Shown piece by piece: positions 26,385 to 39,886 of a stretch of DNA of 64,000 bases (position 1 is the stretch's first letter; each line of letters begins with the position of its first letter). The notes below the pieces were generated by a model that was not told the origin of the DNA, searched no databases, and was given only the letters and a program-made list of their open reading frames with translations. This stretch comes from Antedon mediterranea (lineage: Eukaryota; Animalia; Echinodermata), in the NCBI RefSeq assembly GCF_964355755.1, contig NC_092675.1:21424912-21488911 (forward strand). The letters are read 5' to 3'. Both the position numbers and the translations under genes were made by a program.

Positions 26385-27549
26385 TAATAATAATAATAAT
26401 AATATTTATTCGGTCATCAATGTAAAAATAACCAGGAATGAGAATAGGCTAAAGCCCAAACAGATTCTGCACTCACTCCATACAATACAATCAGTTAAAG
26501 ATAAAACCATATACAAGAAAAATACAAATAAATTATACATAACATGAAATATAGTGTTTTGTTAGAGCAGCCTTAAATATTGAAATTGTTTGTGAATCTT
26601 TTATGTCATTTGGTATTTGCTCCCATAGTCTAGGAAAGGAAACAAATACAGAATTATGAAAAGTATTGCCTTTCGAATTCCAACATAAAAGCCTACCCGG
26701 ACATCTTTCACTAGTTTTAATATACTCATTGAAAGAATGGGGACAGTAACCTTTCAACACCTTAAATCCTAATGAAAGTCTATGTAATTTAAACAAGTCA
26801 TCAATAGATAATAATTCAAGCACTTTCAACCTATGAAAATAAGATGTGTCCCAGGAACCTTCCTTTCTAAACATTATTATCCTTGTTGCTTTCCTTTGTA
26901 TACTTTCTATTCTATTAATATTTGATTTCTCAAATGGTGCCCACATTGAACAACAGTAGGTAACCACTGGAAGTAATAGAGCTTTGTATAAGTTCAACAT
27001 AGCTAACCAGGACATATTTTTACTACATTTTGAAATGAAACCAAGCAATCTGCTTGCTTTACAACCTATATAATTAACTTGTGTATGACAAGACAACGAA
27101 CTATTTACATAAACACCTAGAAATTTGAATTCTGTAACTTTAGGAATATTGTCTGATTCTATGGTATAATCCCAGTTAACTATCTCTTTACATCTTGTAA
27201 CATGCATTACGGCGCATTTGACAGGATTTAAGGGAAGTTTGTTTACATTTGCCCATTTAGCAATTAAATCTAAATCCTTTTGAAGCAATTTACAATCATT
27301 ATTGTTATAAATAGGACGTGATAATGTGTGATCATCAGCAAATTGAAAAAGTGAAGAAGAAATATTATTTACAATATCACTTACATAAATCAAAAATAAA
27401 AGAGGGCCCAAAACTGACCCTTGTGGTACCCCTGAAGTAACATTTACCCACTCTGACTTTTCTCCTCTGTAAATAACCCTTTGGCGTCTATTTGAAAGAA
27501 AATCTGTAATCCATGCATTAGTGTTTCCACCAATGCCACAGTTATTAAG
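26385..27549 (-). mobile_element. 5'-truncated non-LTR retrotransposon (CR1/L2 group): C-terminal part of RT ORF2, 3' UTR and (ATT)n tail
   Basis: Uninterrupted frame 27549-26533: WITDFLSNRRQRV...VTSGVPQGSVLGPLLFLIYVSDI...FADD...LQKDLD...IESIQRKATR...FKAALTKHY. UTR ends gaataaat(att)n at ~26385. Confidence 0.95.
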
Positions 27550-30500
27550 TTATATATCATGTTATATCATGCTGTTATTAACAGAATATTCTTACAGTAC
27601 AAGAACCAGATACCGAAAAGGAACTCAGTTGCTCTGATATTCTGCATGAATATTCTACTGTCAAATTAGTTTGGTCGTGGAAAGTAGTGCACTTTTTGTT
27701 ATTACTATAATCAAGCCATGCTAACCTTTTTTAGATACATTTTGAATATTACGCTTCTCCACCTTGACCTAATAACAGAACTTAATTCGGAATACCTGAT
27801 AAAAATGAATGTCGCACACATTTCCCCTTTTTAATGTCTCCATTTTTCAGTTATCATGTGACTAAATCAACTGTATACATCGACGTATTTCCTGCCAAAA
27901 CACATAATGATCAGCAGCAGAGCATTAGGACATGAAGGAGTCTTTAACCTTTCAAGTCAAATCATGCCTATAATGAGAACATTTCCTCTCTTCATTTAAC
28001 ATAATTACTGAAGAAATCAGAAAGGAGAATCATAGATTGAAAAGCAACAGCCAACTGTTACCATAAATTGTCAACCATACAATATGCAGTTTACAGTAGG
28101 CACTAGCAATTTGCTTGATTAATACCATGTATCATACAAAATCGCTACATAATTTTCTATGATAAATACCGGCTGATAACCATGGTTATCTTTGATGTAT
28201 CTTAGAATTGATGTCCAAGATCTCAGCCGTTTAATAAAAATTGTCATTGAGAATCTTTGTTTTGGGAAATGCAGAAGTTCTTAATGTTGTGAGCATTGGC
28301 CTCATGAAATGTTGTTTAAAGTACAGTATTAGGAAATGTTCCATTTAAATAATACAATCAAAATATATTTGCAGACAAACTAGTTTTAATAGCTGCATAA
28401 ATCTATTGAATAAGGTTTATACATAAAGGATTTATATAACTACAGTAATAAATATGTTTTACCCCCATAGACGACACAGTATCCATAGAACACATTTTAT
28501 GGATACTACATAAAAGGTATATAATAGAACAAGTTTTACTTTTATAGATATCTATACAAAGGTAGCTATATAAAGTTTTAAAGTATGATACCTCCATATG
28601 TATCTTTATATCTATAAAACTCCATACAAATGCATACAAGCGATTTCAGAATGTTAAAGAAATATTTCAGAATGCTACAAAATTGACAAGAACAATACTA
28701 AAAATTCCCTCCTGGATTACTGATAGGAAGATGACTAGCAGCAGAGTATTTAAACCTCTTATAGACGTCCTATGAGGTTTGTCCAAATTGCAGATAGTTT
28801 ACGAAGTAATCTTAGACATTAGCGACAAATACATTCCAAAATTATTGCCAAGATGATAAAATGTTATATTGCACATATTTTCATCTGTATTATTTAGTGA
28901 TATTTCTGTTTCAAAATAGGCGTTGATTGCTAGAATTTGACATAAAACCGATTTGCATAGTCCACATGAGAAGGACATGAAATTTGATATAAATTAAGTT
29001 GTGTGCAATACAGCAATTGGAAAAACACAATTGGATAATAAAAGTTGGCATAACAGAAAGGAATTGTTTTTTATTATTGAATTGTTTGTTTTGTGAGAGA
29101 AAACAAAGTCTGAAGAAATTGTATTCCAAATACAATAAGTGTGTTTTAGATGTTTCTAAAGATTCCACAATTTTTAGACAAACAAGGATATATACAGAAT
29201 TGCAAATTATTTATTAATCTAAAACATAAAAACATTTGTTTCTTGAACGTTTGGCAACTTTAAAATGTAAACCATTGAAAACACAATTTTCTTAATACGA
29301 TTTGTCCTTAATATCATAAAAAAAGTGACACCATTTCCCCCACTAAGCCCCTTCTTGGCGCCACCAGAGAGATGCAACTCCCTGGCGCCACGTCCACTAT
29401 AGCAGGATTGTATTAACAACCAATCACATTATTGCTATGTATAAACCTTTCATGTTTATCATGTGTTATGTCTTGTATGCTTCATTGATTCTAAGTATTG
29501 CAATATCTGGCCCATGGAAATAATGCTAAGATTTCTAAAATGTTCTTTTTTTAAAAAAAATAACTTTATAAAGCTATACTTAATTAACAAATAGTAAAGC
29601 GGCACAATGAATGTAGACTTATTTATTCTCCATGCTATATATGCCGTATAATAAATTGTCTTTAAGATGCAATCGCTGATGCATGACATTAGATTTTGTG
29701 GCCCCTGGGAATGCCAGGTGGCAAATCTGGATATGTGTTGAGATAGTAGTTACAAATTCTGGGTGTGTGATACAATTTGCAATTTGATCGTTCAGCAAAT
29801 TTAACAATACTTCCAAAAGAAAGTAATTGTCAATAAAAGAATTGTATCTAATTATAAACAATTTTAACAAGTATTGCGTTGAGTAAATTAAAAATAATCT
29901 TTTATGGTGCTTGTGAGTATTTATATTTTTTATTTGAATAATGAGTAAATAAAGAACAAAACCAAAATAATTGATTTCAATTAACATAAATTTTAAAAGT
30001 AGAAAAATTATACAGATTAGCAATACAATCTTTTTTAATACTGTGTGCAATGTTCTATTTATTTATGTGTGCTGTGCATTCATTCATTTTCTTTATTTCG
30101 GATAGTAGCCTCATCCATACAAAAAAAAAGTTAACAAATTACACCAAGAAATTAATAATAGCATCTTCCACAAAAATAACCTAAAATATCAATTGTAATT
30201 CACCTTTTATATTGAAATAGAATATTGTGAAATTTAAACAAAACAAGATATTTAATTTATTTATGGTGAAGAATTTGATTGATCATGCACAGTTAGGAAC
30301 AAAAAAAACTTCAAATATATTCTTATTCTTTATAGTGCAACAATCAGAACCAACTTTCATGGTAAAGTTTTCAGACAAAACAAAAGCCAATAATCGCAAC
30401 TTAACTGAAAGTTTTATACCAAATGAGTTCAACGCTTGTTTTCATTAACACTCTACAAAAAGGCAAACATGTCAAGTACAAACTAAATACTGGGTAGAAA

Positions 30501-33500
30501 TTAACTCACACCAGACAATTCTTTAAGGCCGGACATCCTATGTTTCAACTAATGTTTTAACAGTATCCCAACGGTACTGCTAAAATGAATGGGAATGCAA
30601 AAATTGACTGAACATATTAATATTATATATATTTATATTCAAGGATATTCAGTGATTTTCTCAACATATAACCCTTTACACCACTCTCACAAAAATTACA
30701 GTACAAAATTGAATTTTAATTTATAAACCAATATATATATATGTATAAACCAATAAAGTTTTGACCCTGTGTGTCTTTTATTGCATACTATAAAATTGAA
30801 AAACATTTATGACAAGGTTAATATTTTAATACAGGAGATTTAAAGAGCTTGAAATAAATATGACTATTTAAATAGCCCATTTAAATGCATACAAATCGTG
30901 AAGGTAATTGTAGAATACGCTTGTAATAACCATATGAATGTTTATGACATTCTGTCTAATCCTATTACACGACAAACACAAATTGTAATATTAATATGGT
31001 AAATTTTATGATCAGTATTTAAAAAGAAAATTTATCAAGAAAGAATATATAGTTTATGGTCATGAGGAAAAAAACGAATACACAGATAATGAAACATATA
31101 AAAGGTGATCTGTATGTAGAGTTTAAATAGTAATGATGATATTGATAAAAGAGATATTGCTATTTTAATAAGAGAGAACGCAATCTGGTTTGGTTTAAGA
31201 TTGATACATTTGATTTCAATTTTTTTTCTAAAACTAATCAGCTTCTCTCAGATTTTCTCTTTATACTGCTTAATTAAGGTATTATCTATTTCAGAAATAT
31301 AGTATTTTCTTTGTTTTTTTCTATTCAAATTGGCACAACTCATGAAAGTAGAATAAGACCTACATTCGAAGCTAAGAGTATTTAAAAGTTTGGTTCTTAA
31401 ATACTATGATGGAATACAGGCATACAAGAAATGTACATAATTTGGCCATACGATCCACACTGTTGCTTATGGTCACTTAGTTAGTAGCCAAAATGGCCAT
31501 TCGTTGAATCGCAGAAGAAACAAAGATCAATAATATTTTTTTAAAGAAAAAACCTGTTGCTGGTTGAACATATAATGTACCCCTAATCATGAGAATGGAT
31601 TTTTTTAAGTTAAAATGTTTCTGATATGTTTTCTGACTATAAAACTCCATTTCTTTTTACGCATTTTCGATTGAAAGACATGTTTTGACAGACATTCAGA
31701 AAATAATTCATGAAAAATGGCTTTCAAGGTAGTTGAGTCCAATTTGTACAAAATTTTTTCCATATATTAAACATTTATCTGAGATATTATTGGACAGTTT
31801 ATGTCAAACTGCTATGAACATTTCACATTCTGTCATCATCAATCCAGAATTTGTTTAAAGGTGTTTTATGTTATTTTTTCAAAGGTTTTTTATTTTATCA
31901 AAATGTGTATAACATCATTTAAAATGGGCCATGTTATTTATCAGAATGAGGCCAATTGCTATAGAATGATATCCGTCATCCCACTGGAAAACATTTTTTG
32001 AACAAAATGGCATAATGTTAAGTGGTTTATGCAACAACAAAAATTGTTTTGAAAAGGGGATAATGCTAGATATCACCTATGGGACAGACAATGTATTATC
32101 ACATTTATGAATTCATAAAAAAAAAGACTCAATATTTAGTTTGATATTACCCTGTCTAGGTAGCAGGTGGGCTGAAGGGACCTAAAAACCATACCTGTGC
32201 AAATGGAATTTGGGTAACTGAAAGCAAATAGGTGACACTTAAATTAGATACACCAATATTGACCTTCTTCATGAGGATAGCACTACACATTCTCTGAAAC
32301 AATCTGTGCATACCCTACAATTTGAATAGGACAACCCAAACCAATTTAACCAAACCATGACAAACAAGGCACAAATAGACATTAATTTCTCTGAATGATT
32401 TTTGTATTGGAATTTACATTGCAGCATCTTTAATTATACGGTAAGAGTCCAGATAAGGTATTGTATGTGTAAATTTCATGGAGTACACTGAACTGACCTA
32501 CAGTAGGATGTAAACGCAGTACATAAATGAATGGATTTTACAAATATCAACCTACACAATTGAGTACAAATTATTAAATGAAATCGAGATTAAACATCTC
32601 AGAAAGAATACACTGAACTGAAACTTTAGATAATTTTATCGGATGACAGTCATAAATAGATAAATTTAAACTGGCATTACAGAGTTTGCCATCAGTTTTA
32701 TTTTGCTTTAAATTCTAACAAACATTGAATGACTTTAAAAGGCAAATTTATTTATTTATTTATAAGAACTAAACTTACACTACTGTAAACATATACATTT
32801 GGAATGCCTTGAGGATTTATAAGATGTATTTCGTATAACAGAATGCTTACCTCCATTAGGTATAAAATATCTCAAATGAGGCTTAAATTTACTACATTAG
32901 AAGATAGACCTGTGGGTTCAAACGTAATATCTTTAATTACACTTCGCTAAGCTAGATGTTTAAGGAAATTCACAGCAACCACACACTTTAATAGAGTTGA
33001 CATATTGACAGACCTGCAGGCCAATTTCCTCTATAATGTTCTTGAACACTTAGACCCTTTTAATTAATCAAAAAAAAAAAACATTAAAAGTCTTTTAAGA
33101 GGTTGAAAAGTTCAACATTTGTCGACCTCTTTCACATATCACAACGGATAAAATATGAGTCAATTTATAAAACTTAAGATTTAAACTGTATAATCGTTCA
33201 CAGTGGATCTGGCATATTCTCATATCTAACAGGCTGGTTGTAAATATAATACATAATGCCTTGACGTACTTAAACAAGTTGACAAATCAGAAATTGCAAA
33301 CTTCCATGTATACTGCAAATCACTAGAGAACTGTTAACTAACAACATAGTACTTTAATATTTTCTCAAATTCTGGGCCAAATAAATGTTAATTTCACCTT
33401 TCTATCGAAAAGGGCACCTTATTGGTCTTGATACGCAAATGTCTTTTTATATTATGATCAGAATGCATTTACAATTCTTAGAATCTTGTGCAGGTTGTAT

Positions 33501-35096
33501 TGTTTAGGAAAGTTACACCTATAACAATAACTTTTATAGAACACAGGAAAACTGGGCATAATTTGATAGTAGCCTGTACCCTTCTCCTCCCTAAAAAATA
33601 ATTAGGGCTACTGAGCAATTAAAACAGCAAAAATGGCTGAAAATTCACACACCTGCACTGATTGCTCTTTGATATTCTGTCTCAGGGTTGAACATCATTG
33701 TAGATAATGACAACATATATATCCCCTTGCAGAACTGTATGCTTTACAGTAGCTGGGAGGGGAAGAAAGTATTCCCTTCTTTGTTCACTCCTTGGTTTAA
33801 GGATACTCAAAGGAAAAAGGCCAAACAGTATTAACATCCTTTGACACTACCAAAACAAACTACCTAATAGCAGGGAGTTATTTTACAACTCCCTGCTAAT
33901 AGTAACATTCTAAACTTTATTACTTCAACTTGACATGACATCCTGGAATTTGATAAGAAAATAACATACTACATGAAAATAAACATTCAAACAATGAATC
34001 ACTGATTGAATGTTTGATTGCAGTTTATAACCATAACAGTAGCAGCTGTAGAGATGGGTCACTAATACCATAGAGTAAAGAAACTGCACTGGAGCAATTG
34101 GTAAATGATAATAAAATACATGACTAGAATAAGTACTGTATGTCTTTCCTTAAAGGGAACATTTTTTCCACAGCATAAACTCATAGTTTGTATCCACAAC
34201 AGTAGCAGTAAAGATGGGTTGCTTATGTCAATACGTAAACTAAAACGAACTCAACTCAACATAAGCCCTCTATGCAACTGAATGCAATTGACCACAACTC
34301 AGTCTAGTAATGTGCAGATACACAAAATTAGTCGTCAACATAAGCGCAGTTGAGTAGTGTCGAGCTACTGTATGTTTAACATCGTTCTAATCCCAGAATT
34401 CAAAGAAACTCAACTGAAAACTTTAAATCGTATTGCATCTAAGGCAGTTGTAGCCAGTACACACATAAACAGTCCGAAGTCTTTCAATGAACTATGAATG
34501 GAGCGTCGTATTGTATCAGTTTGATGTCGACAGCTTGCATATCATATACTACAGCATTTTCAGATCTATTCAGTTGCTTGAAAGTCAACATGAGTGCTCA
34601 ACACATTTCCTTTCATCAGTCCCCAGATTGAAACAAGTCTTACCTTTTAAGATGGGTCTCTTTACAGTACCACAGTTCAAAGAAACTTTCATGGTTGAAA
34701 ATACTAAAATGTAAAATTATTAACTACAGTATTCCTTTCCTTGGATGGGAACGTTCTCTTTCCAGAATATACATACATAGCTATAAGCACCACTTTCACT
34801 TCCTTGCTGTGAAGTATGAATGCATGGGAAGATAATCAATGATTGACTACAAAAAACTGACATAACACCCACTGATGTCCTACAGGGCTGGGCTACAAGT
34901 AGTCATGCAATCAGCTCACTTGTTGCAATAGGTCAAGTCCAAGCAGTTTGATGTTTTCATCAGCCCAAGGCTCTTAGCAACCAATTTATAGCTTCATGTA
35001 CACCTTTACACATGACATAATAAATAAACGTACGCATTCTTATACAGAATCTCATCTTGTCACAAGAATTTACATTTGTAATTTTACAAATGTTAA

Positions 35097-35400
35097 AGAC
35101 ACTATCCTTACAATTTTTGACATTTTGTAAAAATGCATATATATCCTTGTATTAAATGTACGTTCTATGGTTAATTAATATGATAAAAAGAGAGAAACAA
35201 TGCACAACCAAAGTTAGCTCGCGCCGAATGTCCTCTCGTGGACACTCGTACGGCTTAGCTAGACTTAGAAGTTGTCGGCATAGCTGGTAAACAGTGGTAA
35301 CGTATGAACATCAAATGCTAGCTATAGGCCTACCGGACATTGTCTAGTTGCTACATTACTTGTCTTTCTGTTTTTGGGAGAATCTGTTAAATACAAATTG
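35097..35400. mobile_element. Truncated copy of the Kolobok-like element at 40875
   Basis: Starts ttaa|agac and aligns with 40875-41210 (ttaaatgtacgtt, gagaaacaatgcac, ctctcgtggac, tagctggtaaaca, atacaaattg); right half missing. Confidence 0.75.
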
Positions 35401-37231
35401 AAGAGTTAAGAATACGATGTTGAATTGTTATAATATTCCTATATAAAAAACCACTTATTTTAACTTCTGTAAAGTTGTTAAGTATGTACATAGTGTTCAA
35501 CAATTAAAAAACATCATAGCTTGGACATTTATTTGATAAATGCAATCCAGGTGCCATGTCCAAAAATAGACTTTGGGGATATCTAAAAAAATAAAAACAA
35601 ATTAAAGAAACAGTTGTTCATAACAGGTTCCAATAAAGTTTTCATAAGTTGCTCATATACACTAATACAGTGTTATCAGTTACTAATTATAAAAGGTCAA
35701 ATTAAATTAAATTTCAATCATAAGACATGACAGAGCTATATAAATCTTAACTGTATCCACTCCATGCTATATTGCAATATTAAAAACAGATCAACAAACA
35801 AATAACCATTCGGTAATTTAAATTTTAAATTTAAGTATAGAAAATATGGTTAGTTATCTGGAAAAAATGGTCAGCTATGAGCACTCACTGGTTTAACCCA
35901 GGGGGGGGGGGGGGGGGAAGTGTTGGAGGACCTCTAGAAGTGCTAAACCAGTGTTGCACCATAGTATGTAACAAATTAATTTCATGTGTTAATATCTCAG
36001 ATAGTTTGTTAATATTAATTATGAGATCGGCCAAGAAATTAACAGTTTTCAAGGACCATGCATCTATGCACATATATTATAAGGATGAGTAATCGCACAG
36101 ATATTTTAATTTTATTTAGTGAAACTATAAAATGTGGAATGTCTATCTATACATTGGCAATTTCTATTTTTATTTTGTAGCTTAAAGTGAAAATTCTGTC
36201 ATATTTCAATCACATTTTCAAATGTCAATATCAATTCTATTTCTTTGTAATATTCTGTGAACATTAATAGAAAATTACAGTATCCAGGATCAGCTCTGTT
36301 AAGCCGACGTTCTAATCAAATTTAAAGTATGGTCAATTTCTTTCTGTAGTAACTCCCTAATGACGCCTTCAAATAAAATGCAGTACCATTGTCTGATTCT
36401 ACTTCCTTCGCCAAATTACATTTGCCACATTCAATCATAAATCACTAAAACTGCAATTTTATATTTCTTTTTCTTAATTAATAACCAGACTAATTTATTA
36501 ATGAAATAGTGATATTTAATGTAGAAATGTTAAAGAAGGAGACAGGTGTACATTCTTGTATGTTCATATCATATTCGTACATTTTTATATGTAAATTATT
36601 TAATTATCAATTAATTATTTCAATACATATTTTATTATCAATAGAAGTTAGAACTTAGAATGAAAGAGTAATTTACTGAAGAATAACAACGAAGAAAAAA
36701 AATTATTACGGGATAGCAATGAAATTTTAATATGGAAGTCATTTACTGTAGAATAACATTAACAACAAATAAAAAGTGAAACATTTCAAAATACAACGGG
36801 ATAGCAATGGAATTTATGGAAGTCTAAAAAAAATACCAATCTGAATCATAATTTTCAAGATGATAAAATAGTTGATGATCTGATTGAGAATAAATATAAA
36901 GATTTATTGTTTTTCCAATGAATGAGTGCTTCAGAGCTACTGCGAAGAAAGCCATTTATTTGGAAAATACGGTACAGATATCTTTCAACACAGTAATTAA
37001 ATATCAATAGTGAAGTTGAACGGTCAATTTATGGATTTTAAAATTAATTTTGATGCATACTATTCAGGTCAGATAAGCAATCTTTGCTATCGGTCTATTT
37101 CAAAATTTAAAAACAAAAAAACCATGAAATGATAACAATTATATAGCAGCACATATTCACACAAAATGTGCTTAAGGCCCTCATCCATGGAATAGACGTT
37201 AACGTTTTTCAATCAATGCTTCTTCTCCCTA

Positions 37232-37411
37232 AAGCGTGGTTCCCACTAGCGACGCAACATAAGGACGTAACGCAACGCAAGTGAATTGACCAATCACAAG
37301 CGATGGCTTATTCGCTTGTGATTGCTAACTGTCTATAACTTCGCTTGTCATTGGTTAAAACGCTTGCGTTGCGTTTACGTCCTTGCGTTACGTTCTAGTG
37401 GGAACCAAGCT
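37232..37411. mobile_element. MITE family B, full-length copy
   Basis: aagcgtggttcccactag ... ctagtgggaaccaagctt TIRs, long internal palindromic arms, TA flanks. Confidence 0.9.
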
Positions 37412-39727
37412 TTAGGGTGCGCTCATATTATTGGCAGCCATACCCAGGTGTCTATGTCATAACCATGACAGGAACAGTGTGAACTACATGATAACAACTA
37501 GGAAAGTCCCCACTCATCTTGAAGAATTTAATTCATAAAAGCAAATTGGTGGTCTGGGAGTGCGAAATACCTGGATAAACCAACAATGGTCCTTTCTCCA
37601 CAAAGAGAATTTTATGTAGGGGTAAACTGTCCATGAATTTAGTGAGACATTTCTCCATACAATCGTAATGAATTGTCTTTGTATATACAGTACTAATAGT
37701 GTACACTGTAGTTAAGGCTTATACAGTATAGTCAAGACTTGTTCTAATACCATAACCATGGAGCAAGTCGGCCACAATCCTACCTGTATGCAGCAAACGT
37801 TACAGCCTTAACTCTTGACCATTGATGTGCTCTGCAGAAAAATAGTGCGAGTTCGATCCTGTTGGCATGAATTTTTTCACTACTCACCTGAACTAGTATC
37901 ATTTATTTATTCTGCATTATCGGTGAGCAGGAAACAATTTCTCGCTTTCTGTTACATTTATGTAACATTAATTAACAATAACATTTCCATCCAGATAAAA
38001 CAAATGCATTAACTTTCGTCTGACTATAGCACAGAATGTACTCTCAATACTTCAAAGGTTGAATGTACTATACGAATATATTTTCATGTAAACAATATTA
38101 TTATCTGTATTCTTTAACTCCCTTTTGACTATTACAAACAATTTATAAAGTACAAGCCACAAACATTGGCAATCTCACTTGTGCAATGATCCTTAGAATG
38201 TTCAGAATAATCAACATTCTACAAGTCATACTACCGTATCATAAACTATTGTATAATTTCTCCCATATACAGTACAAACAAATCTTATTAAGCAAATACC
38301 AAATTAATTGCAGCTCAGTGACTTAATTAAATTATTACTGCATGGGAAAGAAAGTATAAACACATTATTATCATTGATCACCAATGATGGTGATAGCATG
38401 GTCAAATTTACGCATACTGGCCGCTTTGCATTGACACCTGAGAATATTAAGATGATATTTATATTTTTTGAAGATTTGCATGACGAAATCAATATGTTGA
38501 TATTCTTTACCATGATTGATGATTTTTTGGGTTTCAATGTAATAGTTGACAGTTTAAAATATTTTTGGCCTAAATTGCTCCACATATGTAACAATGTAAA
38601 GTTTATGCAACTTGCTTGCAAGGTTTTGGAAAATGTGTGCAAAATCTTGAACTTGAATTTCTTTTGTGAAACCGTGTGATTTTACCTTTTGAGACATGGC
38701 TGGGCCAATCTGGACTAAATAGTAAAATTGCATGCAAATACAATTCATATTTACCTTTTAAAATCCTTTTTTTTCTTCTTTCAAATATAGAATATACTCA
38801 TTCTGTTCTGCCTTATAACTGTAAGCACTATGCTTTCAGTTCTATGTGTATGTTTGTTTATAATGCCATTTAAATTAATGAATTGAAATGTAATTGAATT
38901 GACAGATGTTAACTTGAAACGGCAATTGTTCTGCTTCATACTGGATTTTATTACCACCATAATACCATAATTTGTATTCCAAACAAGACACTCGACAAAC
39001 TCTATCATTCATTCAAAACAAGTATATAGTACTAAACTATATATCTTGAGGGCTAGCTATACATCCTATATTCTTGGTGTGTACTTCCATGATTTATTAA
39101 AACAAGGGTAAAAGCTTTTTAAAACAACTCATCTTGTTAAAACCATTTTACTATAAAAATAAGTGGTTTTTTTTGCTTCCTTACCATAGATTTCAATTTC
39201 CATACTCTAATAGTATTATGCCGTACATCTTCAGGCGCATGTCAATAATCTTCTGTAAGAGAAAAACCATATTGATTTATGTAAGGTATCACATGACATA
39301 GGCCTAGTGATAAAGTATTGCATTTTTTTACTACAGTGTTTGAGACCTCAATATCTTGAATTCAATTAAGACATCCTGTATTTAGTGAACTGCACTGAAG
39401 CAGAAAATGAATGGATGTACGAAGGATTTCGAGAAAGGTGGTTTGGGATAAAAAGATGATGGATAAATGATTTTATAGACAGATGAATAATGATTCCTTC
39501 AATTTACAAACACATTTACAACACACCCGAGTGTATCCTATAATACCTCATTGGTTAATTTCTTTTCACATGCTGTTCAGTAGTGGTAAATCTAATTCAG
39601 TTTTTGAAGCAGCGCTATAATGTCGTAACATTTTTCTGTTCTATTGGTAAACCTACTACTGCATCTAACCAGGGAGTTGTTACTAATAACAACTCCCTGA
39701 TCTAACAATAACATGACCATGTATAGA

Positions 39728-39886
39728 AAACCGGTGTTGGTAGTCTATGCTACATTGTGAGGCCTGTGGTTAGTGGTATAGACCATTATTGCAGAGGGGT
39801 TGAATGAACTTCCAACTTTTCATATCTTAACTTTCACGTAGGAGAGCATGGTTTAATTTTTTGTTTATCCAGATAAGCTAGGCACA
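39728..39886 (-). mobile_element. Decayed mini-DIRS relic (termini only)
   Basis: ggtgttggtagtctat matches the DIRS left extension (45324-45339); gaggggttgaatgaa...tgtttatccagataagctaggcac matches the DIRS right ITR (50574-50666). Confidence 0.65.

Noticed and set aside
30722-30755. tataaac|caatatatatatatg|tataaac as another footprint
   Set aside because: The duplication extends to tataaaccaata, so simple slippage explains it equally well.
31270-32100. Transposon-like interior sequence
   Set aside because: I could not identify paired termini or a target duplication.
36671-36824. Diverged local duplication (acgggatagcaatg twice); a similar case at 44341/44545
   Set aside because: Ordinary short duplications with no further structure.
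38304-38679. Overlapping 112-aa and 123-aa ORFs
   Set aside because: No recognisable motif, non-ATG starts and no convincing splice pair; consistent with chance.
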